A DNA stretch of 64,000 nt, taken from NCBI GenBank assembly GCA_963815615.1, contig CAWFHF010000007.1, positions 307,139 to 371,138 on the forward strand, read 5' to 3'. The notes under the pieces are model-generated. The model was not told where the DNA came from, searched no databases, and worked only from the letters and a program-made list of their open reading frames with translations. This DNA is from an uncultured Actinomycetota bacterium. Lineage in GTDB: Bacteria; Actinomycetota; Actinomycetes; Mycobacteriales; SCTD01. Below, one piece after another: positions 1 through 8,437 of this stretch. The translations under genes and the position numbers were made by a program. The first letter of the stretch is position 1. Each line of letters starts with the position of its first letter.

Positions 1-408
1 AAGAGCTCGTCGAGGTGCCGGCCGAGCAGCCCGCGCCGGCCGAGCAGCAGCAGCAGGGCGACGCCGCCGACGACGGGCGGCAGCACCAGCGGGACGGTCA
101 CCAGGGCGCGGACCAGCCGGCGGCCCGGGAACTCGGCGCGCGCCAGCACCCACGCGAGCGGCACGCCGACCAGCACGCACAGCACGGTGGCGCTGCCGGC
201 GCAGACCAGCGACAGCCGCAGCGCGGCCCCGACCTCCGCGGTGAGCAGCTGGTCCGGCAGGGACCGCCAGGGGGTCGCGGACCAGCAGGGCGACCAGCGG
301 CAGGACGAGGAAGGCCAGGGCGAGCGCGGCCGGCAGCAGCAGCAGGGGCGGCAGCCCGGTGCCGCGGGCGGTCGCCGACCGCCTACGGCGCCGGGTCGAA
401 GCCCGCAC
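1..408 (-). CDS. modB: Molybdate ABC transporter permease, runs off the window edge (start approximate)
   Basis: Reverse-strand translation RLVRALVTVPLVLPPVVGGVALLLLLGRRGLLG is typical ModB; lies directly downstream of modA. Confidence 0.85.
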   Translation of the reverse strand, partial: MRASTRRRRRSATARGTGLPPLLLLPAALALAFLVLPLVALLVRDPLAVPAGPAAHRGGRGRAAAVAGLRRQRHRAVRAGRRAARVGAGARRVPGPPAGPRPGDRPAGAAARRRRRRPAAAARPARAARPAPRRAL

Positions 409-1168
409 GGCGCAGGACCTCCTGGCCCTCGGGGCCCAGCACCGCCGCGACGAAGACGGCGGCGCCCTCGGGGTTCGCCGCCCCCGACAGCGCGACGAGC
501 GGGTAGTCGCCGACGGCGTCGTCGGCCTCGGGGAACGTCACGCCCTCGACGTCGTCGCCGGCCGCCCGGACGTCGGTCCGGTAGACCAGCCCGGCGTCGA
601 CCTCGCCGAGCCGGACCTTGGCGAGCACCGCCTTGACGTCCTGCTCCAGCGTGTCCGGCTGCGCCCGGACGCCGGCGGCGGCGAGCACCTTCGTGGCGGC
701 GGCCCCGCACGGGACCTGCGGGGCGCACAGGGCCAGCCGCAGCGCGGGGCGGGCCAGGTCGGCCAGGCCCAGCACACCGCCGGGGTTGCCGGGCGGGACC
801 GCGAGCTCGAGCCGGTTGCGGGCGAAGACCGTCGGGCCGGTGGCGTCGCCGGCGTCGACGACGGTCGCCATGGTCGCCGGGCTGGCCGCGGCGAAGACGT
901 CGGCGGGCGCACCGGCGACCACCTGCTGCGCGAGCCCGGAGCTGGCGCCGAGGTTCAGCACGACGTCGAGCCCGGGGGAGGCGGCCTCGACCTGCGTGGC
1001 GATCTCCCCGAAGGCCTCGGTCAGCGACGCCGCGGCGAAGACGACGACCCGCCCCGTCGGCCCGCCGGTGGAGGCTGCGGCCGACGGGTCGGCGCCGGGC
1101 TGGTCACCGCCGCCGCACGCGGGCAGCAGCAGCAGCGGGAGCAGGGCGAGCAGGCAGCGGGCGCGCAC
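383..1168 (-). CDS. modA: Molybdate ABC transporter substrate-binding lipoprotein
   Basis: Lipobox LLPAC; motifs VFAAASLTEAF, GASSGLAQQ, ADVFAAAS, VPCGAAA, DAGLVYRTD. Confidence 0.93.
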   Translation of the reverse strand: MRARCLLALLPLLLLPACGGGDQPGADPSAAASTGGPTGRVVVFAAASLTEAFGEIATQVEAASPGLDVVLNLGASSGLAQQVVAGAPADVFAAASPATMATVVDAGDATGPTVFARNRLELAVPPGNPGGVLGLADLARPALRLALCAPQVPCGAAATKVLAAAGVRAQPDTLEQDVKAVLAKVRLGEVDAGLVYRTDVRAAGDDVEGVTFPEADDAVGDYPLVALSGAANPEGAAVFVAAVLGPEGQEVLRRAGFDPAP

Positions 1169-1183
1169 GGGGTCTCCGGGAGG

Positions 1184-1576
1184 TCAGGCGGGCGGGTCGA
1201 GCTCGACGACCACGTTGGTGGCCTTGACGCTGGCGACGACGACCGAGCCGACCTCGAGGGCGAGCTCGTCGGCGGCCTCGCGGCTCATCAGCGACACCAG
1301 GCGGAACGGCCCGGCCTGCACCTCGACCTGCGCCATGACCGTGTCGCGCAGGACACGGGTGACGATGCCCCGCAGGTTGTTGCGGGCCGAGCGGACCCCG
1401 GGGACGGGAGGGTCGGCGAGGTCGCGGGCGAGCCGGGCCAGCTCCGCACCGTCGACGGCGAGCCGACCGCTGTCGGTGCGCACGAGCGACAGCCGCCCCT
1501 GGTCGGCCCAGCGGCGCACGGTGTCGTCGCTGACCCCGAGCAGCTGGGCCGCCTCGGGGATCCGCAGGTGCGCCAC
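1184..1576 (-). CDS. MerR/excisionase-type HTH plus TOBE (Mop) domain molybdate-responsive regulator
   Basis: LRIPEAAQLLGVSDDTVRRW HTH; SARNNLRG...ASVKATNV TOBE motif; GTG 7 nt after TAGGGT -10. Confidence 0.88.
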   Translation of the reverse strand: MAHLRIPEAAQLLGVSDDTVRRWADQGRLSLVRTDSGRLAVDGAELARLARDLADPPVPGVRSARNNLRGIVTRVLRDTVMAQVEVQAGPFRLVSLMSREAADELALEVGSVVVASVKATNVVVELDPPA

Positions 1577-1665
1577 GAGCAGGACCCTAGAGCCGCAGGT
1601 GCGGCGTCGTCCACCGGCGTCCGGCCGCAGGAGCGGGTCAGCTCCCTGCGGGTCCCGCGGAGCGG
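1562..1665. promoter_or_regulatory. Array of CCGCA-GG-(T/A)GCGG palindromic boxes, probable operator of the HTH-TOBE regulator
   Basis: CCGCAGGTGCGC 1562, GCCGCAGGTGCGGC 1592-1605, CCGCAGGAGCGG 1625, CCGCGGAGCGG 1655; spacing 30-32 bp. Confidence 0.55.
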
Positions 1666-1727
1666 GGCTGACGTGCCAGCGGTGCGTCCACGGGCAGGCC
1701 CCCCGACCCCGGGCTAGCGTCGCGGGC

Positions 1728-1916
1728 GTGCAGGCCCGTCGCGTCACCGTCGTCCCGGGCGGGCCCGTCCTGGTCGAGGGGCCCGTCGAGGTCGCCCTGC
1801 CCGACGGCAGCGTGGTGCGCAGCGACCGCCCGGTCGTGGCCCTGTGCACCTGCCGGCGCAGCCGCCGTCAGCCCTGGTGCGACACCAGCCACCGCGACCG
1901 GGTCCGCGAGGACTAG
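1728..1916 (+). CDS. CDGSH-type [2Fe-2S] protein, 62 aa
   Basis: GPVLVEG...VALCTCRRSRRQPWCDTSH motif; GTG 7 nt after TAGCGT -10. Confidence 0.88.
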   Translation: MQARRVTVVPGGPVLVEGPVEVALPDGSVVRSDRPVVALCTCRRSRRQPWCDTSHRDRVRED

Positions 1917-2902
1917 CCGCGCAGCGAGCTCCGCCCGGCCGCCCACGCGGCCATCACGTCGTCGGCGAAGCGGTCCTCGAGCAGCAGCCCCGCCTCGACG
2001 CCCAGCACGACGTCGGCGGCGACCCCCGGTTCGCGCGCCACGAGGTCGGCGACGCCCGCGCGCAGCACCTGCTCGTGCACGGCGTCGGCCTCGACGTGCT
2101 CGTCGTAGAAGGCGCGCCCGGCGGTGCCGGGCGAGAGCCGCGCGAAGGCCGACGACAGCCGCCGCGAGCCGGGCGAGCTGGTGACCTCGACCATCACGGC
2201 CTGCCCGACCGCGGCGCCGCGCAGGCTCCGGTGCAGCGCCAACAGCGAGGCGCCGTTCGTCATCGCCAGGGTGCTCGCCGGGACGGCGTCGACGTGCGCG
2301 CCGTAGCCGTCGTCGACGCCGAGCTCGCGCAGCAGGGCGGCGAACAGCGACGCGTGCATGCGCTCGACGCGGCCGGCGCCGTACTCGTCGGCCTGCACGA
2401 CCGCGACGGCCGCCTTGACCTGGCCGTCGAGCCGGGGCAGGACGAACGACGTCGGGTCGGCCTCCTTGAGGTGGTAGACGGACCGGTGCACGGCGTACTC
2501 GCGCAGCTGCCACAGCTCGCCCGCGTCGGACGCGAGGTGCCAGGACGGGCCGGTCCCGCGGACCGGCTCCCGCAGCAGGGGGGCGAGGGCGGCGTCGACG
2601 TCGTCGCTGCCGGACGTCGCCTCGCGCAGGGCGGCGAGGAACGGGCGCTCGAGCGCGGCACGCAGCCGGAGCAGGTCGGGGTCCCACTCCAGGGCGTCGT
2701 CGACGCCGGCCTGCGGGCGGTAGTGCAGCTCGTAGAGCACGTGCAGGGCCAGCTGGACGTCCTCGCTCCACGGGTCGACGTCGCGGGGCAGCGGCAGGCC
2801 CGCCGCCGGGCGCGCCCCGGTGAGCGCGGCCAGCACGGCGTCGCTGAGCGGCCCGCGGGGCGCGGGCAGCGGCGGGGCGGCGAGCAGCGGGGCGACGGTC
2901 AC
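1913..2902 (-). CDS. Iron-containing redox enzyme (heme-oxygenase-like diiron oxidase family)
   Basis: HLKEADP, QADEYG...H and FYDEHVEADAVHE metal-ligand motifs. Confidence 0.85.
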   Translation of the reverse strand: MTVAPLLAAPPLPAPRGPLSDAVLAALTGARPAAGLPLPRDVDPWSEDVQLALHVLYELHYRPQAGVDDALEWDPDLLRLRAALERPFLAALREATSGSDDVDAALAPLLREPVRGTGPSWHLASDAGELWQLREYAVHRSVYHLKEADPTSFVLPRLDGQVKAAVAVVQADEYGAGRVERMHASLFAALLRELGVDDGYGAHVDAVPASTLAMTNGASLLALHRSLRGAAVGQAVMVEVTSSPGSRRLSSAFARLSPGTAGRAFYDEHVEADAVHEQVLRAGVADLVAREPGVAADVVLGVEAGLLLEDRFADDVMAAWAAGRSSLRG

Positions 2903-2930
2903 CCCGCCAGTGTCCCCGCTCGCGGCCGCG

Positions 2931-3386
2931 TCACCCGGCGAGCCCGGCGACCAGCTCGGCGACGGCCTTGGCCACGCGGCGCTCGCGGGTGGCGTCCGTG
3001 CGGGCGCCCTCGACCGACAGCACGTGCCGCGACCGGGCGCTGGGCGACAGGGCGTCGAACGCGGCGCGGGCGCCGGGTGCGGCCTCGAGCGCGGCGGCGA
3101 GGTCCGCAGGGACCTCCACGACCCGCGGCGCGGTGTCCAGCGCGAGCGTCACCTCGACCTCGTCGCCCGCGGCGAGCCCGGCCGCCTCGCGGTGCGCCGC
3201 CGACAGCGGGACGAGGGCGACGCCGTCGCGCGCCCCGACGGTGCTGCGGTAGGTGTGCCCGGGCAGCGTCACGGTGACGGCGGGGCGGCGACCCGCACCG
3301 AGCGCGGCGAGGGCGTCGTCGGGGACGGGCAGGCCGGTGGCGGTGGCGCCGCCGAGCAGGACGGTGGTGCGGAAGGTCACGGTCAC
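2931..3386 (-). CDS. DUF1905 / YdeI-OmpD-associated family protein
   Basis: TGLPVP...TYRSTV...VPADLAAAL...FDALSPS...TRERRVAKAV pattern. Confidence 0.8.
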   Translation of the reverse strand: MTVTFRTTVLLGGATATGLPVPDDALAALGAGRRPAVTVTLPGHTYRSTVGARDGVALVPLSAAHREAAGLAAGDEVEVTLALDTAPRVVEVPADLAAALEAAPGARAAFDALSPSARSRHVLSVEGARTDATRERRVAKAVAELVAGLAG

Positions 3387-3429
3387 CGCAGCAGCCTGCC
3401 AGCCCACCTCCTGCCCCGGCGCCTCCGAG

Positions 3430-3448
3430 TGAGGTTAGGCTGCCCTTA
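3430..3448. promoter_or_regulatory. IdeR/DtxR iron box
   Basis: TGAGGTTAGGCTGCCCTTA versus consensus TWAGGTWAGSCTWACCTWA (16 of 19 positions match); about 30 nt upstream of the 3479 start codon. Confidence 0.8.
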
Positions 3449-3478
3449 GTACTCCGCCCCGTCCTCCTGGGAGGCCGC

Positions 3479-6151
3479 GTGACCGCGCCGCTGCTCGACC
3501 CGGCCCTCCCGCTCGACCCCTCTCCCGGGGTCCCGGCCCCCGACCTCCCCCGGCTGCCCGACGACGGCGACCTCGCCGGCCTGCTCGCCGGCCACGGCGC
3601 GGCGCCCGCCCTGGTCGACGGCGCACGGGTCGTCAGCCACGCCGAGCTGGCCGGCCTCGTCCGCGACGCCGCCCGCCGGCTCGGCCCGGTCCGGCGCCTG
3701 GTGCTGCTGCGCGCCGCGCAACGACCTGCCCAGCGTGGTCGCCCTGCTGGGAGCGCTGCACGGCCGCCACCCCGTGCTGCTCGTCCCCGCCGACGCCGAC
3801 GCGCGGCGAGCTCGAGCGCACCTACGACCCCGACGTCGTCCTGTCGGGCGAGGACCTCGTCGCCCGGCGGGAGGGGAGCGCGCACGACCTGCACCCCGAC
3901 CTCGCCCTGCTGCTCAGCACCTCGGGCTCCACCGGCTCGCCGAAGGCGGTGCGCCTCTCGCACCGCAACGTCTGGTCGAACGCCGCGGCCATCGCCGGCC
4001 TGCTGGGCCTGCGCGCCGACGACCGCGCCCCCACGACCCTGCCGCTGGCCTACTGCTACGGCCTGTCGGTGCTGACCAGCCACCTGCTGCGCGGCGCCAG
4101 CGTCGTGCTGACGTCGCTGTCGGTGTCCGACCCCTGCTTCTGGGACCTCTTCCGGCGCACGGGCGCCACGTCGCTGGCGGGCGTGCCCTACACGTTCGAC
4201 CTGCTCGACCGGGTCGGCTTCGCGGGGCGCGACCTGCCGTCGCTGCGCCGGGTCACGCAGGCCGGCGGGCGGCTGGCCCCCGAGCGGGTGCGGGCGCTCG
4301 CCGAGCACGGCCGGCGCACCGGCTTCGACCTGTTCGTCATGTACGGCCAGACCGAGGCCACCGCCCGGATCGCCTGGCTGCCGCCCGACCTCGCCCTGGA
4401 GCGCCCGGACGCCGTGGGCGTCGCCGTGCCCGGCAGCACCGTCACCGTCGACCGGCCCGGGCCCGACGGCGTCGGCGAGGTCCTCGTCACGGGCCCAGGC
4501 GTGATGATGGGCTACGCGACCGGCCCGGCCGACCTCGCGCTCCCGCCCGGCCCGCCCGTCCTGCGCACCGGCGACCTGGGACGCCTGGCCCCCGACGGGC
4601 TGCTCGAGGTGGTCGGGCGCACCCGCCCGTTCGCCAAGGTGTTCGGCCTGCGCGTCGACCTCGCCCGCGTCGAGGCGGCGCTGTCCGCGCAGGGGGTGAC
4701 CGGCTGCTGCCTGGAGGTCGAGGGGCGGCTGTGCGTCGTCGTCGAGGGGGCGGCCTGCCCGCGCGACGTCCGGCGCCTCGCCGCGGGCAGCCTGCGGGCT
4801 GCCGCCGGGCGCCGTGCGGGCCCGCTGCCTGGAGGCCCTCCCCCGCCGCAGCAACGGCAAGGTCGACCTGCCCGCCGTCGCCGCGCTGGCCGCCGAGCCG
4901 GTCGCCCCGCCTTCGGAGGGGACGCCGATGCCCGACCCCTCGGTCGCCCTGCGCCGGCTGTACGCCGAGGTGCTCGAGCGCGACGGCGTCACCGACGACG
5001 ACACCTTCGTGGGGCTCGGCGGCGACAGCCTGAGCTACGTCGAGGCCAGCCTGCGGCTGGAGCGGCTGCTGGGCGACGTCCCGGCCGACTGGCACCTGCG
5101 GCCGCTGCGCGAGCTCGCGCGCACCGCCCCTGCTCCCCGCCGCCGCGGGCGGCTGGTCGAGACGAGCGTGCTGCTGCGGGCGCTGGCCATCGTGCTGATC
5201 GTCGGCTCCCACGCCGACCTGTTCATGGTCATGGGCGGCGCCCACGTGCTGCTGGCCGTGGCCGGGGCGAACCTCGCCCGCTTCCCGCTGTCCGGCCCGC
5301 GCGCCGGGCAGGGCCGCCGCCTGCTGCGCAGCGCCGGCCGGGTGTGGGCGCCGACGGCGCTGTGGGTCGGCGGCTGCCTGGCCCTCGGCGGCCTCGGCTA
5401 CCGGCCGCTGAACCTGCTGCTGGCCAACGGCCTGCTCGGCCCCGACCGGCTGGGGGCCGACCTGGCGGCTGTGGTTCGTCGAGGTGCTGGTGCTGCTGCT
5501 GCTCGCGGTCGGGGCGCTGCTGCAGGTCGCCGGCGGTCGACCGGCTGCGCCGCCGGGCGCCGTTCGGGGTCGCGGCGACCGCCCTGGGCGGGGCGCTGCT
5601 GCTGCGCGCCGGCGTCGGGCCGCACCTGGGGCCGGACGTGCTGCACTCCGCGCCCACCGTCGCGTGGCTGTTCGCCGCGGGGTGGGCGGGAGCGGCGGCC
5701 CGCACCCGGGTGCAGCGCGCCGCCGTGACCGCGGCCTGCCTGGCCGCCGTCCCCGGCTTCTTCCCCGGCGACCCGGTCCGCACGGGCGTGCGTCGTGGCG
5801 GGCCTGCTGGCCCTGCTGTGGGTCCCGCGCGTGCGCTGCCCGGAGCGGGTCGCGCAGGCGGCGGGGGTGCTGGCGTCGACGTCGCTGTTCGTCTACGTGA
5901 GCCACTGGCAGGTCTACCCGCACCTGGAGCACCGGTGGCCGCTGGGTGCGGTGCTCGCGTCGTTCGCCGTCGGGCTGGCCTACGCCCGGGCCTACCGGGG
6001 GCTGGCCGCCGGCCTGTCCTCGTGGGCGCGCACCTCGATGCGCGTCGACGCCAGCGGCACGCCCGCGGTGTGCGCGCCCTCGGCCAGGGCGCCCTTCACC
6101 AGGCGGCGCATGCGGGCCAGCGAGCGCCGCACGAACACCACCTGCATGTAG
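3479..6151 (+). CDS. Adenylation domain + phosphopantetheine carrier + membrane acyltransferase-3 fusion (about six frameshifts)
   Basis: STSGSTGSPK, YGQTEA, RTGDLG, PRRSNGKVD; carrier FVGLGGDSLS; AT3 motifs LLRALAIVLIVGSH, WRLWFVEVL, SLFVYVSHW; GGGAGG RBS. 3' end uncertain because it overlaps the convergent gene. Confidence 0.78.
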
Positions 6152-6705
6152 CGGCCGAAGGTCGCCCATCCCAGCCGGATCACGGGGTTCGGGATCGACT
6201 CGCCGCGGACGTACCGGCTGACCCGGAACTGCACGTCGCCGTCGTCGAGCATCTTGACCACGCGGTAGCACATCTCGCCGGCCTCGAGGTGGCCCGCCAG
6301 GGTGCGGTAGCACCAGCCCCACACCCGCACGGGGCGGCCGTCCTCCTCGCCCTGCTCGTCGACGACCTTGACGACCCGCACGCCCATGAGGAAGCGCAGG
6401 AACAGGAAGCGCCCCTCCAGCAGCATGGTGCGGTCCTCGAGGTCCTCACCCGGCAGGAAGACCGCCTTGATGATCGAGGGGTCGGCGAACTCGTAGCCGC
6501 GGACGAGCTCGCAGGCGACCTCGAAGCTGCCGCCGGGCACCGGGTCGCCCGGCGCCTCGCGCGGCAGGACCAGCCGGTAGCTGTCGAAGGTCCAGCCCTG
6601 GTCGGGCGACGGCTCGCCGTCGAGGTCGTAGTTGACCGGCGAGTCGTGGATGCGCTGCAGCTCGGCCTGGACGTCGAGGTCGCCGAGCAGCCGGACGTCG
6701 ACCAC
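5992..6705 (-). CDS. DUF1990-like protein
   Basis: WGWCYRTLAGHLEAGE motif; GTG overlaps the upstream TAG. Confidence 0.7.
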   Translation of the reverse strand: MVDVRLLGDLDVQAELQRIHDSPVNYDLDGEPSPDQGWTFDSYRLVLPREAPGDPVPGGSFEVACELVRGYEFADPSIIKAVFLPGEDLEDRTMLLEGRFLFLRFLMGVRVVKVVDEQGEEDGRPVRVWGWCYRTLAGHLEAGEMCYRVVKMLDDGDVQFRVSRYVRGESIPNPVIRLGWATFGRYMQVVFVRRSLARMRRLVKGALAEGAHTAGVPLASTRIEVRAHEDRPAASPR

Positions 6706-7478
6706 TAGGCCCGCCACCGCTCGGTGCGGACCCGCACGGGCGCCGTCCTGCTCGCCCGCCGGCCATCGCGGCGACGCCCTGGCAGACCTGCACCCACATG
6801 TGCAGCTGCATCTCGCGCGCGAGCGGCACCTTGTCGTAGATGAGGTCGAACAGCCGGTCGCCGCTGCGCGACCACGACTCGATGGTGAACAGCAGCAGGG
6901 CGCCCTCGGTCGGCGGCGCGGAACTCGATCTCGCCGGCCTCCATGTGCCCGCGCAGGGTGGCGAAGCGGAAGGACGTCGCGTCCCGCTCGATGATCCGGA
7001 CGGGGGCGTCCCACGGGCCGGGCATCCGCACGGCCATCTCGTCGCCGGGGTCGCGCGCCGGCCCGGCGCACCGGCTCGAACACCGACACCTCGGTGGGCG
7101 CGGCCTCGTTCGGGTCCTGCAGCAGCCGGGCGACGACCTGCTGCGGGCGTGAGGTCCGCAGCCGCGCACCCGGATGCCGTAGGTGCGCCGGTAGGTGCGG
7201 CCGTGGCCGGAGCTGCGGCGCAGCAGGGTGCGCTCGTCGCCGGGCAGCGGCCGGTCGGGGTCCGGGCCGTCGGGCCGGCCCTCGCGGTCGAGCAGCTCGT
7301 GCTCCACCCGCGGCCGGTGCCGCAGGTAGCGCAGGGTCGTCAGCGCCATGCCCGGGGCCCGCCGCACGACGCTCCCGGTCGCGGCCAGCAGCTCCCCGAG
7401 CCCCGGGGCCCGCTGCTCGCCCGACGGGGTGGTGCGCTCGACGGCGGCGGGCGACGACGGGTCGTCTGCGGTGATCAC
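6705..7478 (-). CDS. DUF1990-like protein, second paralog (frameshifted)
   Basis: VRMPGPWDAPVR...FRFATLRGHMEAGEIEF, continuing FTIESWSRSGD in another frame. Confidence 0.68.
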   Translation of the reverse strand: MITADDPSSPAAVERTTPSGEQRAPGLGELLAATGSVVRRAPGMALTTLRYLRHRPRVEHELLDREGRPDGPDPDRPLPGDERTLLRRSSGHGRTYRRTYGIRVRGCGPHARSRSSPGCCRTRTRPRPPRCRCSSRCAGPARDPGDEMAVRMPGPWDAPVRIIERDATSFRFATLRGHMEAGEIEFRAADRGRPAAVHHRVVVAQRRPAVRPHLRQGAARARDAAAHVGAGLPGRRRDGRRASRTAPVRVRTERWRA

Positions 7479-7546
7479 GACCAGCGACTACCCGGCGCGG
7501 GCGCCGATGACGCCCCCGGGCGCTCCCCGGGACGCCGCCCCAGGCG

Positions 7547-8437
7547 TCAGGCGGCCGGCGCGTAGGGCGGGGCGAGCACGGGGGCGAGGAAGTCGCGCAG
7601 CACCTCGAGCACGACCTCCGGGGCCTCCTCGAGCACGAAGTGGCCGGCTCCCGGCACGGTGACCATCACGGCGTCGGAGCCGAGGTCGCGCACGACGCTC
7701 TCTCCGGTCCGGATCGGGAGGACCGGGTCCTGCGCGCCCCAGAGCACCAGCAGCGCCTCGGCGTCGACGGCGGGGTCGCCGGCCGGCGTCGGGGTGCGCG
7801 ACACCAGCGCCGCGGCCCGGGGACGGGCGACCGCCCGGTAGTAGCCGAGCATCGCCTGCACCCGGGCGGGGTCGCTGTAGGCGGCGCGGTACTCGGCCCG
7901 CACCTCCGGCTCGAGCCGGCGGTCGGACCGCCACGCCACGGCCAGCATCGCGTCGACGGCGCGCCGGCCGGCGGCGCGGAACAGCAGCTCGGGCAGCAGC
8001 GGCAGGGCGAAGAACGGCACGTGCGCGGCGCGCAGCAGCGGCACGCTGCGGTACGGGGCGTTGACCACGCCGAGCCGGCGCACCAGGTCGGGCCGGGCCC
8101 GCGCCAGGCCGAGGGCGAGGCTGCCGCCCCAGTCGTGCCCGACGACGTCGACCGGCCCGCCGACCTCCTGCTGCACCAGGGCGGCGAGCTGGGTGACGAG
8201 CGCGGCGGCGTCGTAGGGGCCGGTGTAGGCCGAGCCGCCGAGGCCGGGCAGGTCGGGCGCCAGCACGCGCCGGCCGTCGGCGAGCGCGGCGGCCTGGTGG
8301 CGCCAGGCGGTCGAGGTCTCGGGCACGCCGTGCAGCAGCAGCACCGGCACCCCGTCGGCGGCGCCGTCGTCCGGGCCCTCCTCGCGCAGCAGGAAGCGGG
8401 TGTCGGCGGCGACCACGGTGCGGACGGTGGAGGTCAC
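7547..8437 (-). CDS. Alpha/beta hydrolase (epoxide hydrolase-like)
   Basis: LLLHGVPET, GHDWGG nucleophile elbow, GAGHF; GTGA overlap with the glnE stop. Confidence 0.88.
   Translation of the reverse strand: MTSTVRTVVAADTRFLLREEGPDDGAADGVPVLLLHGVPETSTAWRHQAAALADGRRVLAPDLPGLGGSAYTGPYDAAALVTQLAALVQQEVGGPVDVVGHDWGGSLALGLARARPDLVRRLGVVNAPYRSVPLLRAAHVPFFALPLLPELLFRAAGRRAVDAMLAVAWRSDRRLEPEVRAEYRAAYSDPARVQAMLGYYRAVARPRAAALVSRTPTPAGDPAVDAEALLVLWGAQDPVLPIRTGESVVRDLGSDAVMVTVPGAGHFVLEEAPEVVLEVLRDFLAPVLAPPYAPAA

Noticed and set aside
5992..6151. 160-bp convergent overlap as a designed antisense overlap
   Set aside because: The AT3 tail beyond the last TM segment looks like run-on, and an indel could hide the true stop.
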